DNA of 53,237 bases, the filler included, from Porpidia crustulata (Eukaryota), in NCBI GenBank assembly GCA_964255105.1. It is 3 parts of 3 records of this genome, joined end to end, with 100 filler letters (N's around TTAATTAATTAA, not from the genome) between each part and the next. Parts side by side here need not be neighbours in the genome. Positions count along the whole stretch, not along the records: positions 1 to 17,702 come from CAXUWE010000207.1; 2 more parts are not named here. The stretch is one strand, 5' to 3'. A program made the position numbers and the translations under genes. The notes under the pieces are model-generated. The model was not told where the DNA came from. It made no database searches and worked only from the letters and a program-made list of their open reading frames with translations. The first letter of the stretch is position 1. The number at the start of each line of letters is the position of its first letter. This document shows, one piece after another, positions 1 through 13,306 of this stretch.

Positions 1-2922
1 GAATTGCAGAGCCGCTTGTATAGTGATGTAGTGTGCAAATTGAAAACACTGGAAGATGGATTTCGAAAATTACAAATAGGGGTTTGAATTTCGAAAAAAG
101 CCTGATCCAAGTGCACAGAGTAACGAGGCAGGAATCTCACACGAAGTGTCTAGATAGGAAATCCATCAACGTCTGCTGTTTATTCTAGAGGACCGAGTTG
201 ATAGGTGGATAACTTGAAGGATCTAACTAGTCAAAGAGCTCGAGCAGTCGCTCACAAAGAGAGGTGCCCCATCAAGTTTTCCCACACATCACTAAGCGAA
301 CCATCGCATCTAGAAGGCTTGAAAGACATTTGTCACTATCGGGCACTTGATGTACGAAGTGCAGTTTAAGTCTCATCTGGATAAATCTGGTAGTTAAACG
401 GAGGATCTCGGATTATCTACACTTTTCGACTGGCGCCAGGGTGCCTTAACTCAAGATAAGGTGTTATCGTCGATCACATTATCACGTGGTTTATAACCAG
501 AGGATATTCAATTCTACGGATTTGCAAGACGGTATGTTGCTACGCTTCGAGGTTTGCCTACCTTTGCGAATTCGAAATCCATTGATGCTCGGCTGCAAAT
601 ATGCATCCCAAAAATTACATCGGCGTGTGCCAGCGGAAGAGGGACAAAACATGGCTTGTATGCCCCTTTCTATACTCAGGACCACTTTTATAATTTCACC
701 AATACGAGGGAGAGATGCGCCGCTTGAATGAATAGAGAATGAGAAGTTTGGTCACGCGCGCGCAGCTGGATTGCCTACAACTATCATCAACATCATCATC
801 TATGAAGCTTCTCCTCCTGCGGCGGGGTTGAGCGATGGGTGGGGTAAAGAGAAGAGGGTGTCGAATAGGCTGGATGGAGGAGACGGATACGATAATATAA
901 ATCGGAGGGGTTGAATGATGTTTGTGGGGCGGTTTAACGATTTGGAGGATTTGGATGCGTTGCAGGTAGCGCGATGATGATGAAAGATTGATTCGAGAGA
1001 GCAGGGAGGGGAGATAGAAAATGACGGGAAAGGGGGAGAAACGTCGGGTGAGGGTTCTTGAATGCGAATGGATGCCGGCGATGTGTCTACTTGCATGCGA
1101 TGCTTTGTCTGGTCTTTTACAGGGGAAATGTAGACTACGGGAAAATTCTAAATCGTGTGGATGTCATCTTTTGGGATATTTTCAGTCTTGTGGTGTGAAG
1201 TCACGGCCAGATGTCACATCTATACCTATCTGTACTTTTTCAGCACCTACATCTCTCATCTTCTACCTCTCATGACTTCACAACACACCATCCATAGCAA
1301 CAATCGTCACACGATTCATTTGAGGTATTGTCATTATCATGCACATCGCATTACTAGATCCTAGGCCCGTAGGTACTCTTCCATTATTTCATTATCAATA
1401 CCATTTCTACTTCCAGTCGCAGATTGGTAGTCTTCCGTTTCCCTGCTATCCGGCTGGTCGTGAGCGGCTTGACCGGGGCTCTATACGTGGTTTGTGACTC
1501 GTGCTTCGTATTGGTGGCGTAGATTTCCTTAGGTTCGTTACCTCGCCAGTCTTCGTAGTTATAACCTTGAGCTTCATAGGCATCTTGACTTCTGTAGCCT
1601 TCCTGATTCCAGGATTATTCGTTGTTGAGATACTATTATCCATCTTCTGCCCGCTCAACTGTGTTCCTTCGGGATAGAGTCTGCGCCATCTCCTGGGGCC
1701 TGCACTCCATCAATCGTCGAGTAGACAGCGGCGCTAGCAGCTCCACCGATTGCCGTATCATCGGAATGTAGGCTGTGATCTTTAGGAAGTCGCCGCGAAT
1801 AGGGTCAGCTGAGCTGTTTCCTACCCTGGAGAGTTTTTTGCAGCACTTACTGTTGGTTGGTCCGTTGGGGTTCAGACTAATGGATTTGAAGCCCCGCGAT
1901 AGTTCACCGCATGGCAGGTCGAGTCGCATTGTAATGAGCAGGAGCAATTCTAGTAGGTTCTACTTTAGGTGCATTGGCCTGAGACCTAGGGAGGTTCACC
2001 GAAGGATGTGCTACTGCACTATCATAAAATATAGGTGCCCCTTTATCAGCTGGTACTACTTAAATCACGGGGCTTCCGCGGCTTTCTCGATACGCCGTGG
2101 CGGGCACAACTGTGCTTCAGGTAAACTCTTGCGTTCCAGATGGTTCTCGCGGTTCAAGACCTCTGCGACTGGCTGGTATTTCTTGGCCGCGGCCTTTTGC
2201 ATGACATCTACGTACGGGGACGTTTTATGTTGGTTCGCCTCTTGTCGTATAAGGACTTGCTGGTTGGATTACGAAGGTAAGTTTCAGTAACTAGCAAAGA
2301 TAAATTTTCAAAGAATAGTTTTTGATTGGAAATTTTTCTAACAAATTGTTGTCCAATGAGCATCAATCAGATGGGATCGAAATTGGAAAGGACAGAGGGT
2401 AAGGTCGGCAGACTGTCTCCTTTTGGATATCCATAGCGTTTTTTGCATGAGGTAGGAGAATACATTTCTTTGGGCTTAGTTGAGCCTCAGCCTCGCGTAG
2501 ATTGTTAGGGCCCAATCACCTTGCAAAGGAAGAAAGAAAGTTCATGAGATGAGTGGACAAATTACTATGTAAGACCACGAGCTTATTGAGGGAGTCCAGG
2601 TAGGACGATTTTGAAGGAGTCACACTCCATATTGCTTCAATTGGATATTATTTCACACTCCTATCTCGAACGCTCGATTTTTGTTAGTGATCCATTCCGA
2701 TTGATAGTGTTCATCTTATTGGTTTTTCAGAAGCGCTCAACCTTCATTGGTGATTTTATCTGTGACTTTCTTTTCCCCCACGTAGCACAGTGAAAACTAC
2801 AGGCCTTGACAGCCGAGGCTGGCGCAACTCTCCGGGTAACGTGACGCCAGTCGCATCGCGAAGCTCTACACCTCTAGCCCCTGGATTCCTGCAGCTTTCC
2901 TGCATTCCTACCTGCTCACGCG

Positions 2923-5008
2923 ATGTGTGCTACACCGGACCCCGCTTCGAGCGGATTCGATTTTGGAGAGGTCTCTACTTATTCGCTGCGTTGGCAACCC
3001 AAGTTTCTCATATCTCATGCCGAAAAAAGGCCGCGAAAAAGGCAGAAGGCAGAATGCGACCCATACCCCGGTCTTGAGTGCTACCAAGGTATCTACAACC
3101 AAATAGTACCTGAGCAAATGGCTATTCGCTGATGGTCAAATCGTAGAAATCTAAGCCAAAGCTCGAGCATTCTGACCGCCAACCTACAAGAGCTCGGGTG
3201 CAACAGCAAACAGAGGTCAAGGGACTCCCTGAGAAGCGCGTCGAGAACTATCCTGTGCCGTATGTTGCCGAACCTTATCGGCCCTTGACAAGAGCCTTAG
3301 CGAAGCATCAAGCAAATCTCAAGGCCTCATCAGACCAACCTCGTCGCCCAGAAACAAGAGCTTGGAAAAAGCAGCACGAAATCGGGAGGACAAAGCAAGA
3401 GCCAGTTATTCGGCAACCGCGAAGCCCTACAAACATAAGCAGAGATATTCAAGGGACTCGTAATGCCAGGATACGTCCCAATACCACGCCACTGAAACCG
3501 CTGGGTGGACAGGCAAGAAACCGCAAGCCACGAAAATATACAAAAAAGCAAGGCAAAAGCTCAATATCAAGACCTCCAGAAAGTCGGCGGCCTTAGCAAA
3601 ACAAAAGTCGCAAAGCCGCTCACAATCTAGGTCTGTGGTCGTCGAAGACTCTATCGTTGGACACGGAGAACCTGGTGGATCAAAGGTGAGTTCGCAGTGA
3701 ATCATGACCAGATTATGCGACACTGATGAGGGCAGAGTCCAAAGCTGGCTGGCTGGCTGGAAAGAGTGGAATCGGTTTCGCCTAGAAGCACCGCCCGAGC
3801 TCGTGCTTTCTACACAGCGCCCGTTATTGGAATTCTGCCTGACACGGAGGACATGATGCAGGAAAGTTCAAGTTCTGCGAACACGGGAGAGAACAGCGAA
3901 GAGAACGCTTCGACTCTGAAAGAAAAAGCTTGAAGGGCAACGAAGCTCTCGGCAAATAAGCTTCGTTATCGACGGATACACAAGAATGCAGCAGTGGATG
4001 ATAAATTAGAACACCTTGAGCGCATTATAAAGACAGCCGTCTCCGACCTGTCAATGGAGGAAACTGGACGCCTACAATCCGTTATGCAGGATTTTTTTGA
4101 TCAAGCGAGGGATCATCCTAAGGCCAATTCCTACTCCTTTGTTGACAGTTTCTCCTTCAACTTTGACAAGGCCAAATCTGAGATTGGCTATCCGATCATA
4201 AATGATAGATATTTCAACTCGGACCTAAAGCGATGTCTTACTGGAAATGAGACTGTGCTTCAGCGCACCGTCTGATACATATCATTAATCAATACTGGCT
4301 GGGTAAAATATTCGACTGGAACAGTGAGGGGCAGTGGTACCAAACAGAGGACTTCCGCATACCTTCGAGCAAAGTTGATACAGTCTCAATGTCTAAGCCT
4401 GATCTTGCTATGTTCTTTGTCTTGGATTCCTTCGTTGGAGAAAATATTGAGGACCCAATTCCTACGGAACTCGAGAAATGCATTAGTCCCCATGGAGGAG
4501 ATCGTTGCTTCCCTTTCTTATTCATGGAATTGAAGAAGGCAGGCGCAGATCTGCAAGACGCCTACTTGGCCAACTTACACAGCGCTAGTCAGGCTCTTTA
4601 CAACATCTATTCCTGGATGGTGCGCGTTGATAGGGAAAACGAGTTCCTTAACGATTTCCGTGTGTTCTCATTGGTGTTTAACGCCCAGGATCTTAGTTTC
4701 CGAGTGCATCGAGCTGCAAAAAAAGACGGGGCCATATACTTTCATTTCGCCGAACTTTATCCTTACAAAGATACACAAATGATCAAGCTTGTCTTTTAAT
4801 CAGAAACACGGTGACTGAATACGCCGAGAAAGAACTTCACCCCATTCTCCAAAAGACTTTCAAGGACGTGGTAAAGCAGGAAAAAGAACAGACCGCAGCG
4901 AAGCGAAAGGCAAGTTCTCTTCAAAAGACTTCGGGGAAACGCGCTAGGCGTCAGAACAGTCTGCTGCAGACAACTAGTAATGCGATGAGTGGGCTAAGTA
5001 CTAGCTGA
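2923..5008 (+). pseudogene. Disrupted gene for a fungal protein with a low-complexity N-terminus and a C-terminal restriction-endonuclease-like (DUF7924-like) domain
   Basis: ORF pieces 3198-3596, 3994-4275, 4389-4799 and 4811-5008 join into one protein if lesions are repaired: in-frame TGA at 3931-3933, -1 frameshift near 4273 (LQRTV/IHIINQYWLGKIFDWNSEGQW), -1 frameshift near 4763 (ELYP/QRYTNDQACLLIRNTVTEY). The motif KPDL...CFPFLFMELKK...ANLHSASQALYN is typical of this family. Intron-like segment at 3686-3735. The 5' boundary is uncertain. Confidence 0.6.
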
Positions 5009-8000
5009 ACCTATGGGATTGCCATGGACAGAGGAATGTGGACACAGAACGGTCTTTGGAGCTGTGGCAAACTCGGTGAGCCTTCGAGTCAGGTACTGAT
5101 AATACTCGACAAAGGTGATGGCACGAAGTCACTACGAACTTGAAGGATTACATAATTCTCGGTAATGGACAATCGCATCGGGCGTGGGTCGATTCTTGTA
5201 TAACACGTTTGTGGCTTTTCTCTAATTCACCAGCCTCATTTGCTCTTAGAGCGTCCTTCATCCCATCTCGTTTAATATACAAGTTTTCCGGCTCAAGATA
5301 TACTGTCACTATAGCTTGAAAAAAACGCTGGCCGCTACTGCTGCTGTTTGAACGAGTCTATGATATGATATTTCACGAACAGTACTTATTATATATTAGC
5401 CTCGTAGCCGCGTACAGAACGTCTTCAGTATCTGGGTTCACGATTCTTCTATTAGATCAGGAGATTAGTTACCGTGCGATATTCAAGGACTTCACGGGGT
5501 TTATGGCTCGATCATTAAGGAAGGCTCGTTCTCAAATTCCTTTCATCCAGCGTGCGAGGTGAGACAATATCTAGGCCTCATTCTGTATCAGATTCTCATG
5601 CTCGTCCTGTCTGATGTTCTACAAAGATAGAATCAACAACATGTAACAGTATAACCTTATGATGAATCGCAGTCCGGCTCTCCCCAGGAACATTTGGACT
5701 TAGGAAAAACGTTATCTGATGCGTGGGCATTGAGTAACCCCACTTGTTGATCCTCGATTGGTGAAACTCCAAATTACCACCAATAGAATTCCACAGGTGG
5801 ACTAGATCAAGACAGAACCTATAGACGGAATTCTAGTGAAATAGGCTTTGCAGAGTGCTCAATCAGGTGCACATATACTCGATCGATACACAGTATTGTA
5901 TCCATGGACACGCGGATTTGTTCCGAAAGGAGACATCCTTGAGAGATCGAGGAGTAATGGTTGTATTTCCGGGGTTCTACACCTTCCCTTCGAACCTCTC
6001 TCGGGCCGCTGCATTTTGAGTCTACCTTTGGCTCTTCGATCAGATGGTACGTGGTCCTCAAAGCTTTTCATCTCCCTTTTCAGTCTGTCTTCAATTACTC
6101 TGATCTGTTGTTTTGTTACGTTAGTCTAGCTGGTTATGATAAAGAATGGTATCTACACACTTACGAGAAGTCTTGATGCTGAGAAAATCTTCAATTTTGA
6201 AAACCTACTGCACACCAGGATTAGGGATCTCTTCTTTCGGTATTGCACTCGAAATAGTCGCAACCCGACTACTTGAGTGAATGTAGCACCACGCATTCCT
6301 AATGTTGTGAATCACGGTTCTCTGCATTGGCCAATGTATCACAGCGCCGAGACAGTGTATTCGTTGACCCCGCTTTCAACTTGATGTTCTTCACCAAACC
6401 CAACCCCAATGTCAGTGTAAAGACTTCTACTTCTTCATCCCTATGCTAGCACTAGCGTCACCACAAGAACGCAAATCGGAGTGAGATGGGTGGAAAAATA
6501 GGGCAACCAGGGGGAAATTCAAGGAAGGTGGGAACATGGGTAAAGGCTTACACATATACGGATACTAACTCAATCACATTAATTCCATAGATTGTCTCAT
6601 CGCTAGCCACCGCCTCATCTCGAAGGCTCGACATAGGTCCGGAGCTGGGTCTGAAGAGTAAGCACGAAGCTCAAGACAGCCAGCAGAATCCAGGAGGTAA
6701 AAAAAAGTCTGGTAAGCAGAACGTACCGAATGGGTGGGTTTGGGATGCGGTCCAAGGTCGCTACTTCTTCGCCAAATATAACCCAGAAATAAGTCAGTCG
6801 TTCCATTGAACAGTGTCAAATTTCAATAATTCAAATATCAGACAGGGATATGTAGTCGAAAGTGGGTCAACGATCAAGACACCCGGCGCTTGATCGAAAT
6901 GCGCATACAAAAGGATAAGGCTAGGGGAAAGAGGGTTCATTTTGGGGAAGCCGCAACATCCACAGATTATTCCGTGGACTACGAACGAGGTCCCAAATAC
7001 CATCAGCGCACTTGCTCGGTCAAACAGAGGGAACATACACAGTCTTACTAGAATCGTGTCTCGACTCCTACAACAAATTGGGAACGCGACGAGTATATCA
7101 AAACACGGCCTGTCGATTCCTACCATATCTCATCTGGCAGGCTCAATCCAACGGTCAAGTACCGCACTCCGTCAGATGAAGACCCCATACCAGACTTAGA
7201 AGTGACTCTTACACGAGGCGGCTCCTATGTCCTGCGAGATCACTATGAACAGACAACTCGTCAGAATCGGCGCGGTACAAAATGTATTGAAGAGATACGC
7301 ATAGTCCGGGTTTCTCGGAAATTGTAATGTTCTCTATCTGAGTGAGGACTTACAATCCACTGCTTCTGCTCTAGAACTTCCACGAGTCTTCTGAAAAGTG
7401 GCTTCTTGCTCCAAACGACGCGTTTGATGTTGCGGGTTTCGATCCGCGTGCAAATTTGCTTATGACACACATTTACTTATATTTTTCGTTCCCAAGGACA
7501 TGATTCACGACCATCTTGTCGGGATAGATATAATGAATCCATGCAGTTTTTCGGTAAATCTTCTTCATATCCACATCAATGCTGCTTTTGGTCTTCCTCG
7601 AACAGATCGTGATGTCCCTGTAGACGGCATCTACACCCCGAAAGAAGCACGCGAAAGTCTCTATTCTCCATTTTTCTACTCTGGGCATCCGGTGGGTTCT
7701 CTCAACCTTCATCGTAGGTGATAGTATAGACATTCATTTTCACACCCACGCACTTTCTCTGCTGCTCCGCTTACTACCGCTCTTTTCACTTCAAGTACTG
7801 ACACTCTCTAGCCATCCGGACTACGATCCCTACTTCATCTCCAACGTCGTCAAACCAAACTATATCCTTTCTCACCGGACGCGAGGGGCTGCATCGGCGT
7901 CTATGTCGGATATATGCAGGCGAGAATCGTGCCGGCAAAATTGACATGGTGGTTCAACTTCGAGCCGATGAACGGGAGACTCGTGGATTGTGGGAGAAAT

Positions 8001-8690
8001 ATCAAGCTTTATGCGGCGTGGGAGAAGCTGGGTGTCTACGTGGACTCTACAAAGGTGGGAAGGTGACAAGGGAGGTTTTACCTGAATGAGTGGCATAATC
8101 ATGCGGAAGATATTCTTAGATTCAAACGCCACAGCTGTGCCGAGATGTATTGTACTTTGGCCAGCTGTTTGGAAAATCGAACACTTCTGCCCATCACTTG
8201 GTTCTACTCAACACGTCCATTGGGTAAACTATTAATATTTTAGACTCGAGACGTCCGATCATGATTGATACCCTTATGTTATTCCGGAAACTATCACCTG
8301 ACTGTAGTACCTTGCAAGAGCTGTTCAACACGCTTAATAGTCGTCTCCAATCTTATCATTTTCGTTGTTGACAGATCAGGTATGAAATTGGCAACAATGT
8401 TGATGTTTGCTATGAGGATGCTATCTAGGGATTCACGCGGGTGAAGAAAAAACTGATAGTTCAAGGGGTTTTACCCGCTACTATCGAGCTGATACGAAAG
8501 AATTGAGCGAAAGTCACACAAAGCTTCATTAAATATCATAATCAAATCGATGTTCGATAAATTGCGTGCAGTGATTTAATGAAGTCGTTATTTGGACGAA
8601 TTTGAACGAGATTTACTTGTAAATTTGATGGACTTATGCGAAGCGAGTGAAACCTCTGAACTATCAGTTTTTAGATATGTCTGTAAGTCT

Positions 8691-8791
8691 GCTACTCGTT
8701 CCCATCTCCAAACGGTCCGCCACACCTAGGTTTAGGGTTATATCGACTAGTTTTAATTGGGGCGGACCATTGAGGGGTGGGAGCGAGTAGC
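8691..8791. repeat. Imperfect 31-bp inverted repeat with 39-bp spacer (MITE-like hairpin)
   Basis: 8691-8721 GCTACTCGTTCCCATCTCCAAACGGTCCGCC versus the reverse complement of 8761-8791, GCTACTCGCTCCCACCCCTCAATGGTCCGCC: 25/31 identical by manual alignment. Confidence 0.75.
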
Positions 8792-9539
8792 GCCCTCAGC
8801 CCCATGTCTCTAAACCCTCCTAATTCCAATATCCGTCTCGTCCCCATCATTCTCCTGTGCCACTTCCTGTGTCATCATCATCTACAGCATGGAAGCAAAA
8901 GCCATTTTTTCCGGGTTGTCCGCATTCCAATTCTCCGTATCAATACTGGCGAATAATATTACAGCTTCCCCGGTACAGTCCAGCATCTCCACGCTCATCT
9001 GCATGAGGGTCTCGATTTATAGACTGCGATGACGGGCCAATCAAGAATCACCAAGTTGAAGATTGGGGAGGATGAAAGGTAATTGATAGTGGTATGGGTG
9101 CCCTTGAGTGGCGAAGAATGGATGTCAGTGAATACAGATGCGGTAAATTTGGACAAGACAGACGTAAACGGCCAAAATGGCGACGATGGTAAGGAACTTT
9201 AGACGAAGGAAGACTTTAGAAGCGGCCAAGGGCAGTTTGGGGGGGAAAGTCAGAAAGAGGAAGGAAGATTGACTGGGGAAAGCCCCGCAATCCGCATGAG
9301 TTGGGTCCAGAGAAGATCAACTGGTTGGTTGCGAGACTTAACTTCAGGTGGGACAAAAAGTTTCTGCATCTATGTAATGCATGTCTGGAGACGTCCGAAT
9401 GAATTTCAAAATAGCACCATATCTAATGACGGCGTAGTGCAGAGCTTTTCATGTAAGAAAGAACGCAATTCCATCGCTGTCAAGATGTCTGTAAAGATCT
9501 CCCTCGTTGTTTAAATTGATTCGCATAATCTCTAGCAAC

Positions 9540-10608
9540 ATGTCATATCAGAATTTTTTAAGCTACTGGTTTCTGTTTTTAACGTTGGTCACGAAGTCGT
9601 GCATTAGTCAGTCAATGACGAGCAGTCAGTCTCAAACCGGAGACTCTGGAGGACGTGTGTTTCTTTTCATATTTCTCTTGCAAAACCACTTACCTACTTT
9701 TCACTAATTGCAGACTTCTTTAGCACCGTGTGATGGCGTGTGTGAATTCCATGCAGCAACAATTGGACCAATGTCTCTCAATAGCTCAAGTGAAAGTTCA
9801 GTCACGGTTGTCGCTACAGTTCAAGTTGGCAAGTGTTCATTCGGGCACGTTTGACTGTCATCCCTGGAGCTAACAATATGATATCTAATGAAGCTCTAGC
9901 GTAACAAATACAGACCTCACTGCAATCTTCACTGCTTATTCAGTCTCGAATTTCCTCCCCTCGAATGGAAGTTGCATAACGCGAACAGGAAGTCCAACCC
10001 AGCTGCCGATCCCATTCACTATCAGCAAACCAGAAACAATGGCAAGCTCGGATTTTCAACCATTTGCGACCAACAATCTAGCAACCATGCTCGGATTTCC
10101 GAGCTGTGGGCGAATTATCCCAACTGCTCTCGTCGAGTTCTCTAATGTGTCGACGTCATCCACGACACCCTCATCAACAGCGTCATTAACAGCGCAGTTT
10201 TCAAGACTGACAGCTACCAATACAGCGATAGTCACTCTTCCAGCGCCCTCTTCAAATTCGAATTCTAAAGGTCTCACAACGCCGTCAAAGATTGGGATCG
10301 GCGTTGGGGCAACACTTGCGGTCATTATAATAGGCTCCCTCGCAATAATCCTCTGGCTAAAGCTGCGAAAGAGGTCGGAAGCTGAGAACACTAAGAAGCA
10401 AGGTAGTGCGGCGGGCGAAGATAATCAACCATACCTTCAGCAGAAGGCAGAATTACAAGATGAGGCGAGTCGGAGGCATGAATTAGAAGCAACGGGGATA
10501 ACACACGAGCTTGATGGTGAGGACAGGATACACAAAATGTCCAATGCAGAAATGAAACCAAGACAAGAGCTGAAAGGAGAGGAATTCTCCAGAGAGTTGG
10601 ATGGATAG
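9540..10608 (+). CDS. Secreted-pathway type I membrane protein (signal peptide, Ser/Thr-rich stalk, single TM, acidic tail); spliced
   Basis: ATG at 9540 starts a hydrophobic signal peptide (MSYQNFLSYWFLFLTLVTKSCIS). Two intron-like segments (~9655-9723 and ~9830-9893) have CTAAT/CTAAC branch sites. The last exon encodes an S/T-rich region, the TM segment KIGIGVGATLAVIIIGSLAIILWL, basic KLRKR and KAEL/HEL repeats. Exact splice sites are uncertain. Confidence 0.65.
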
Positions 10609-10719
10609 AACATTCACCCGTGTTCCTCAGGCCGCTAGTCTTTTCACACGAGTATTTGGTTTGGAAAGAAAATCACATACAGTGAGATTACATAAATCCT
10701 CGACTAATTCGCCAAACTC

Positions 10720-12489
10720 TCATGCCAAGCAAAATGTTTCTTTATTCATAGCCTGAGCATCACCATACTCAAAAGCCTCTCCGTCCATTAGTCCATGTAT
10801 GTAGCACTCCCCAACGATTTCATAGAGATTGTACTGATCTGTGCTTCTCAAGACGTAGAGGACTTGGCCACCCAAGAGCACACACACAAGATCGCCTACT
10901 TTAGCCGCTGCCGGGACGATTCCCATCCTTGCACCACGGATCCAGCACAATCCTCGACAACCGGAAGCGCTTTTTAGTGCGACGTTCATTTCGTTCCTCC
11001 GCAAGGTTTGACTAGGGCTAAGGGTGTTACTTCTGGCCTCGAGAAGCTCCCAGTCCATCATGTGGCCCCTGGACTGGGTCAAAGGGTTCATGTCTCCTAG
11101 AACGGTGGTGCGGAAGGCTTCGTCCAGGGTTTGATTGGTGTGGGATTAGACAGCGTCCAGGTGTTTTGGAGCCCAGGAGCGGACTTCCGCGGTGCTGAAA
11201 ATGTTTTCTTCCCATGTTGCTGAGAGGGTGCTGATTTCGTCCAGTTTCATTCCGTCAAGGATAAGTCGAGCGTCTTCGATTCTCGCATTGCGAGTTTTAC
11301 GGAGACCGCATGCATTATATGCGGGGTTTGAATCTTTTACATTTGGGCAGAAAGGACTGAGCCCAAGGCGGTCACAGAAATTGGGCATCCAGCTTGGGAG
11401 CTTGGGGCCATTATATGTGTTCTTCATGCGGCTCCAGTCTGTTGTGGGTCGAATGATTTGACCGAGGACTTGGAGCCCATGGTCTGGCTGCGAGAGCGAG
11501 AACTGCACTACGTCGGCGTATACACTCTCTACCGACTTTGAATAGTCAGGCAAGACGCTTGTCAGCAGCAAATCAGTCGCCAGGCCATGGGGAGCATAGA
11601 CCTTGTCGCGGGGGTCAGTGCTTTTAGTATTGCGAGTAAACTCCAGCAAGCTCAAGAGCGAACTACCATACCTGAATTTTCCGTCACGTCTGAAAGCTTG
11701 GAGGCCGAAAGCTGAGCCTCTGGCAAAGTTGTGAAACCTGGCATCCAAATCTGCGGGTTCTGAGAAGTGGTGGGCCATGAAAACAGCGGCGCAGAGGTGT
11801 GTCATGTTGAATCAGTGATTTCCACAGTAATACTTTGTAGGCGCTGGCCCTGTGGCTTCTTGGTATATCCAGACCCTCCGCCAGTATAATAGATTAAGCA
11901 TTTCGTTGATCCCAAGCCAGCCTTTGAAGCAATCTGTCCCAGGCTTTGGGAAGATCTGCTGATTCTCGTCAGAAATACTGGCTGCGACTGCGTGTATGTC
12001 ATCATTATATGCTGCGAGTCCATCACGAAGCAGTATATTAAACTTACACATCAGATGCACAGCCGATAGGGTTTCCTCTTCATCGTATGGAACCCCGATC
12101 CAGCCATAGACAGTGAAGGCATGCTCATACAAATATCTCATGTGCAAGATCTGCGCATTACGCTCTTGAACATCATTCTGATTTATGCAGATAGCATCTA
12201 CCCAAAGAAAAAAATTCTCCTCCATTGCACGCCAGCCCAGATGCGTCAAAGCATCATGGAGGTTCTCCAGGACCGGAAACTCATGACCTTCCAACCTGAT
12301 ACTATACGTCGCTGAAGGTGAGCAACCTTTGCGATAAGGAGCTCTCCCCCAAGTGTAAGATAATGCAATGTAGGGTGGCGCCTGAGCCAAGACGGCATGC
12401 TCTAGCTCAGCGGATATGCCATTGCCTGATAGTATACGAAGTAGCCGAATCTCGTCTGCACGCAGAGCTTTATACGGGAACTCTTCCAT
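10720..12489 (-). pseudogene. HET-domain (Het-6-like) heterokaryon incompatibility protein with two in-frame stop codons
   Basis: HET motifs EIRLLRIL, YIALSYTWG, LWVDAICINQND..ERNAQI..M..LY and YWRRVWIYQE, later TDPRDKVYA, LPSW.P and the C-terminal GDLVCVLLGG..LYVLR...VGECYIHGLMDGEA. The three ORFs are in one frame, separated only by TGA at 11812-11814 and TAA at 11146-11148. Confidence 0.85.
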
Positions 12490-13306
12490 GGCTCTTTAGA
12501 TTACACATTGCAGCCAGAATTTTGTACTAGTATCTTGCTCTTCCTGAAAATCTATCACGCAGATGTGACCAAATTAATGTTACGACCGGACCGTTTCATA
12601 GGATCTAGCATGTCCGAGAGTAACGTCGTTGGAATGCGGCTAAAGTTTAGAATGTGATCAATCGCAAGTTTGCTCTCAATGCGATTAACAATACTAATAT
12701 CATTTTTGTTTCCTAGTTCTTTCTCTCTCTCTTGAAATTTACTACCCAGAGCATATATCTGAACAAGGATGGGGACCAGACATTATACGAAAGATCTCAT
12801 TTATTAATCGATAGACCTTTTCCAAGCTTTGCAATGTTCAAGCAAAACCCTGATCTTATTAATGGTCACCGAAGTTTTTCATCTCTCTGACATCATCTTG
12901 CAGAGCTGCTGCAGGGTCGGAATGAAATGGATCTCCGAGTCAACGATGCCAAAACCTTACGCCGACTGAGTGTCCAATGCCTCAATAATTGTGAATGATG
13001 TGCTGATTGAATCTCTCCCACGCATCCAGGACATATCAACAATCAAATTCAAGGGTCTGCGATGATGTTCTTTCACATTATCTGTCTCCGATCGTTAGAT
13101 AAGTCCCGCGAGGCTGCAACGACTCCTCGGAACATCCGGAATGCCACAGTGATCGAGGGCAACTCATTCGGCAGGATCACTTGAGCTCTACAATGGTAGA
13201 TGAAAGGGGTTTTTTTTTGGTGACCAAGTCAGCCTCGCGGTCGATTTCGTTCACAAAATCTCTTAAGCCACTCTAACAGTAATTACAAGTCTAAAGGATA
13301 TTCAAG

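Noticed and set aside
1361..1372. 12-mer CTAGGCCCGTAG shared with 17341-17352
   Set aside because: The match does not extend meaningfully; 12-bp matches are expected by chance in 53 kb.
486..2290. Several 60-170 aa ORFs on both strands
   Set aside because: No recognisable motifs or consistent exon structure; may be eroded coding sequence but cannot be supported.
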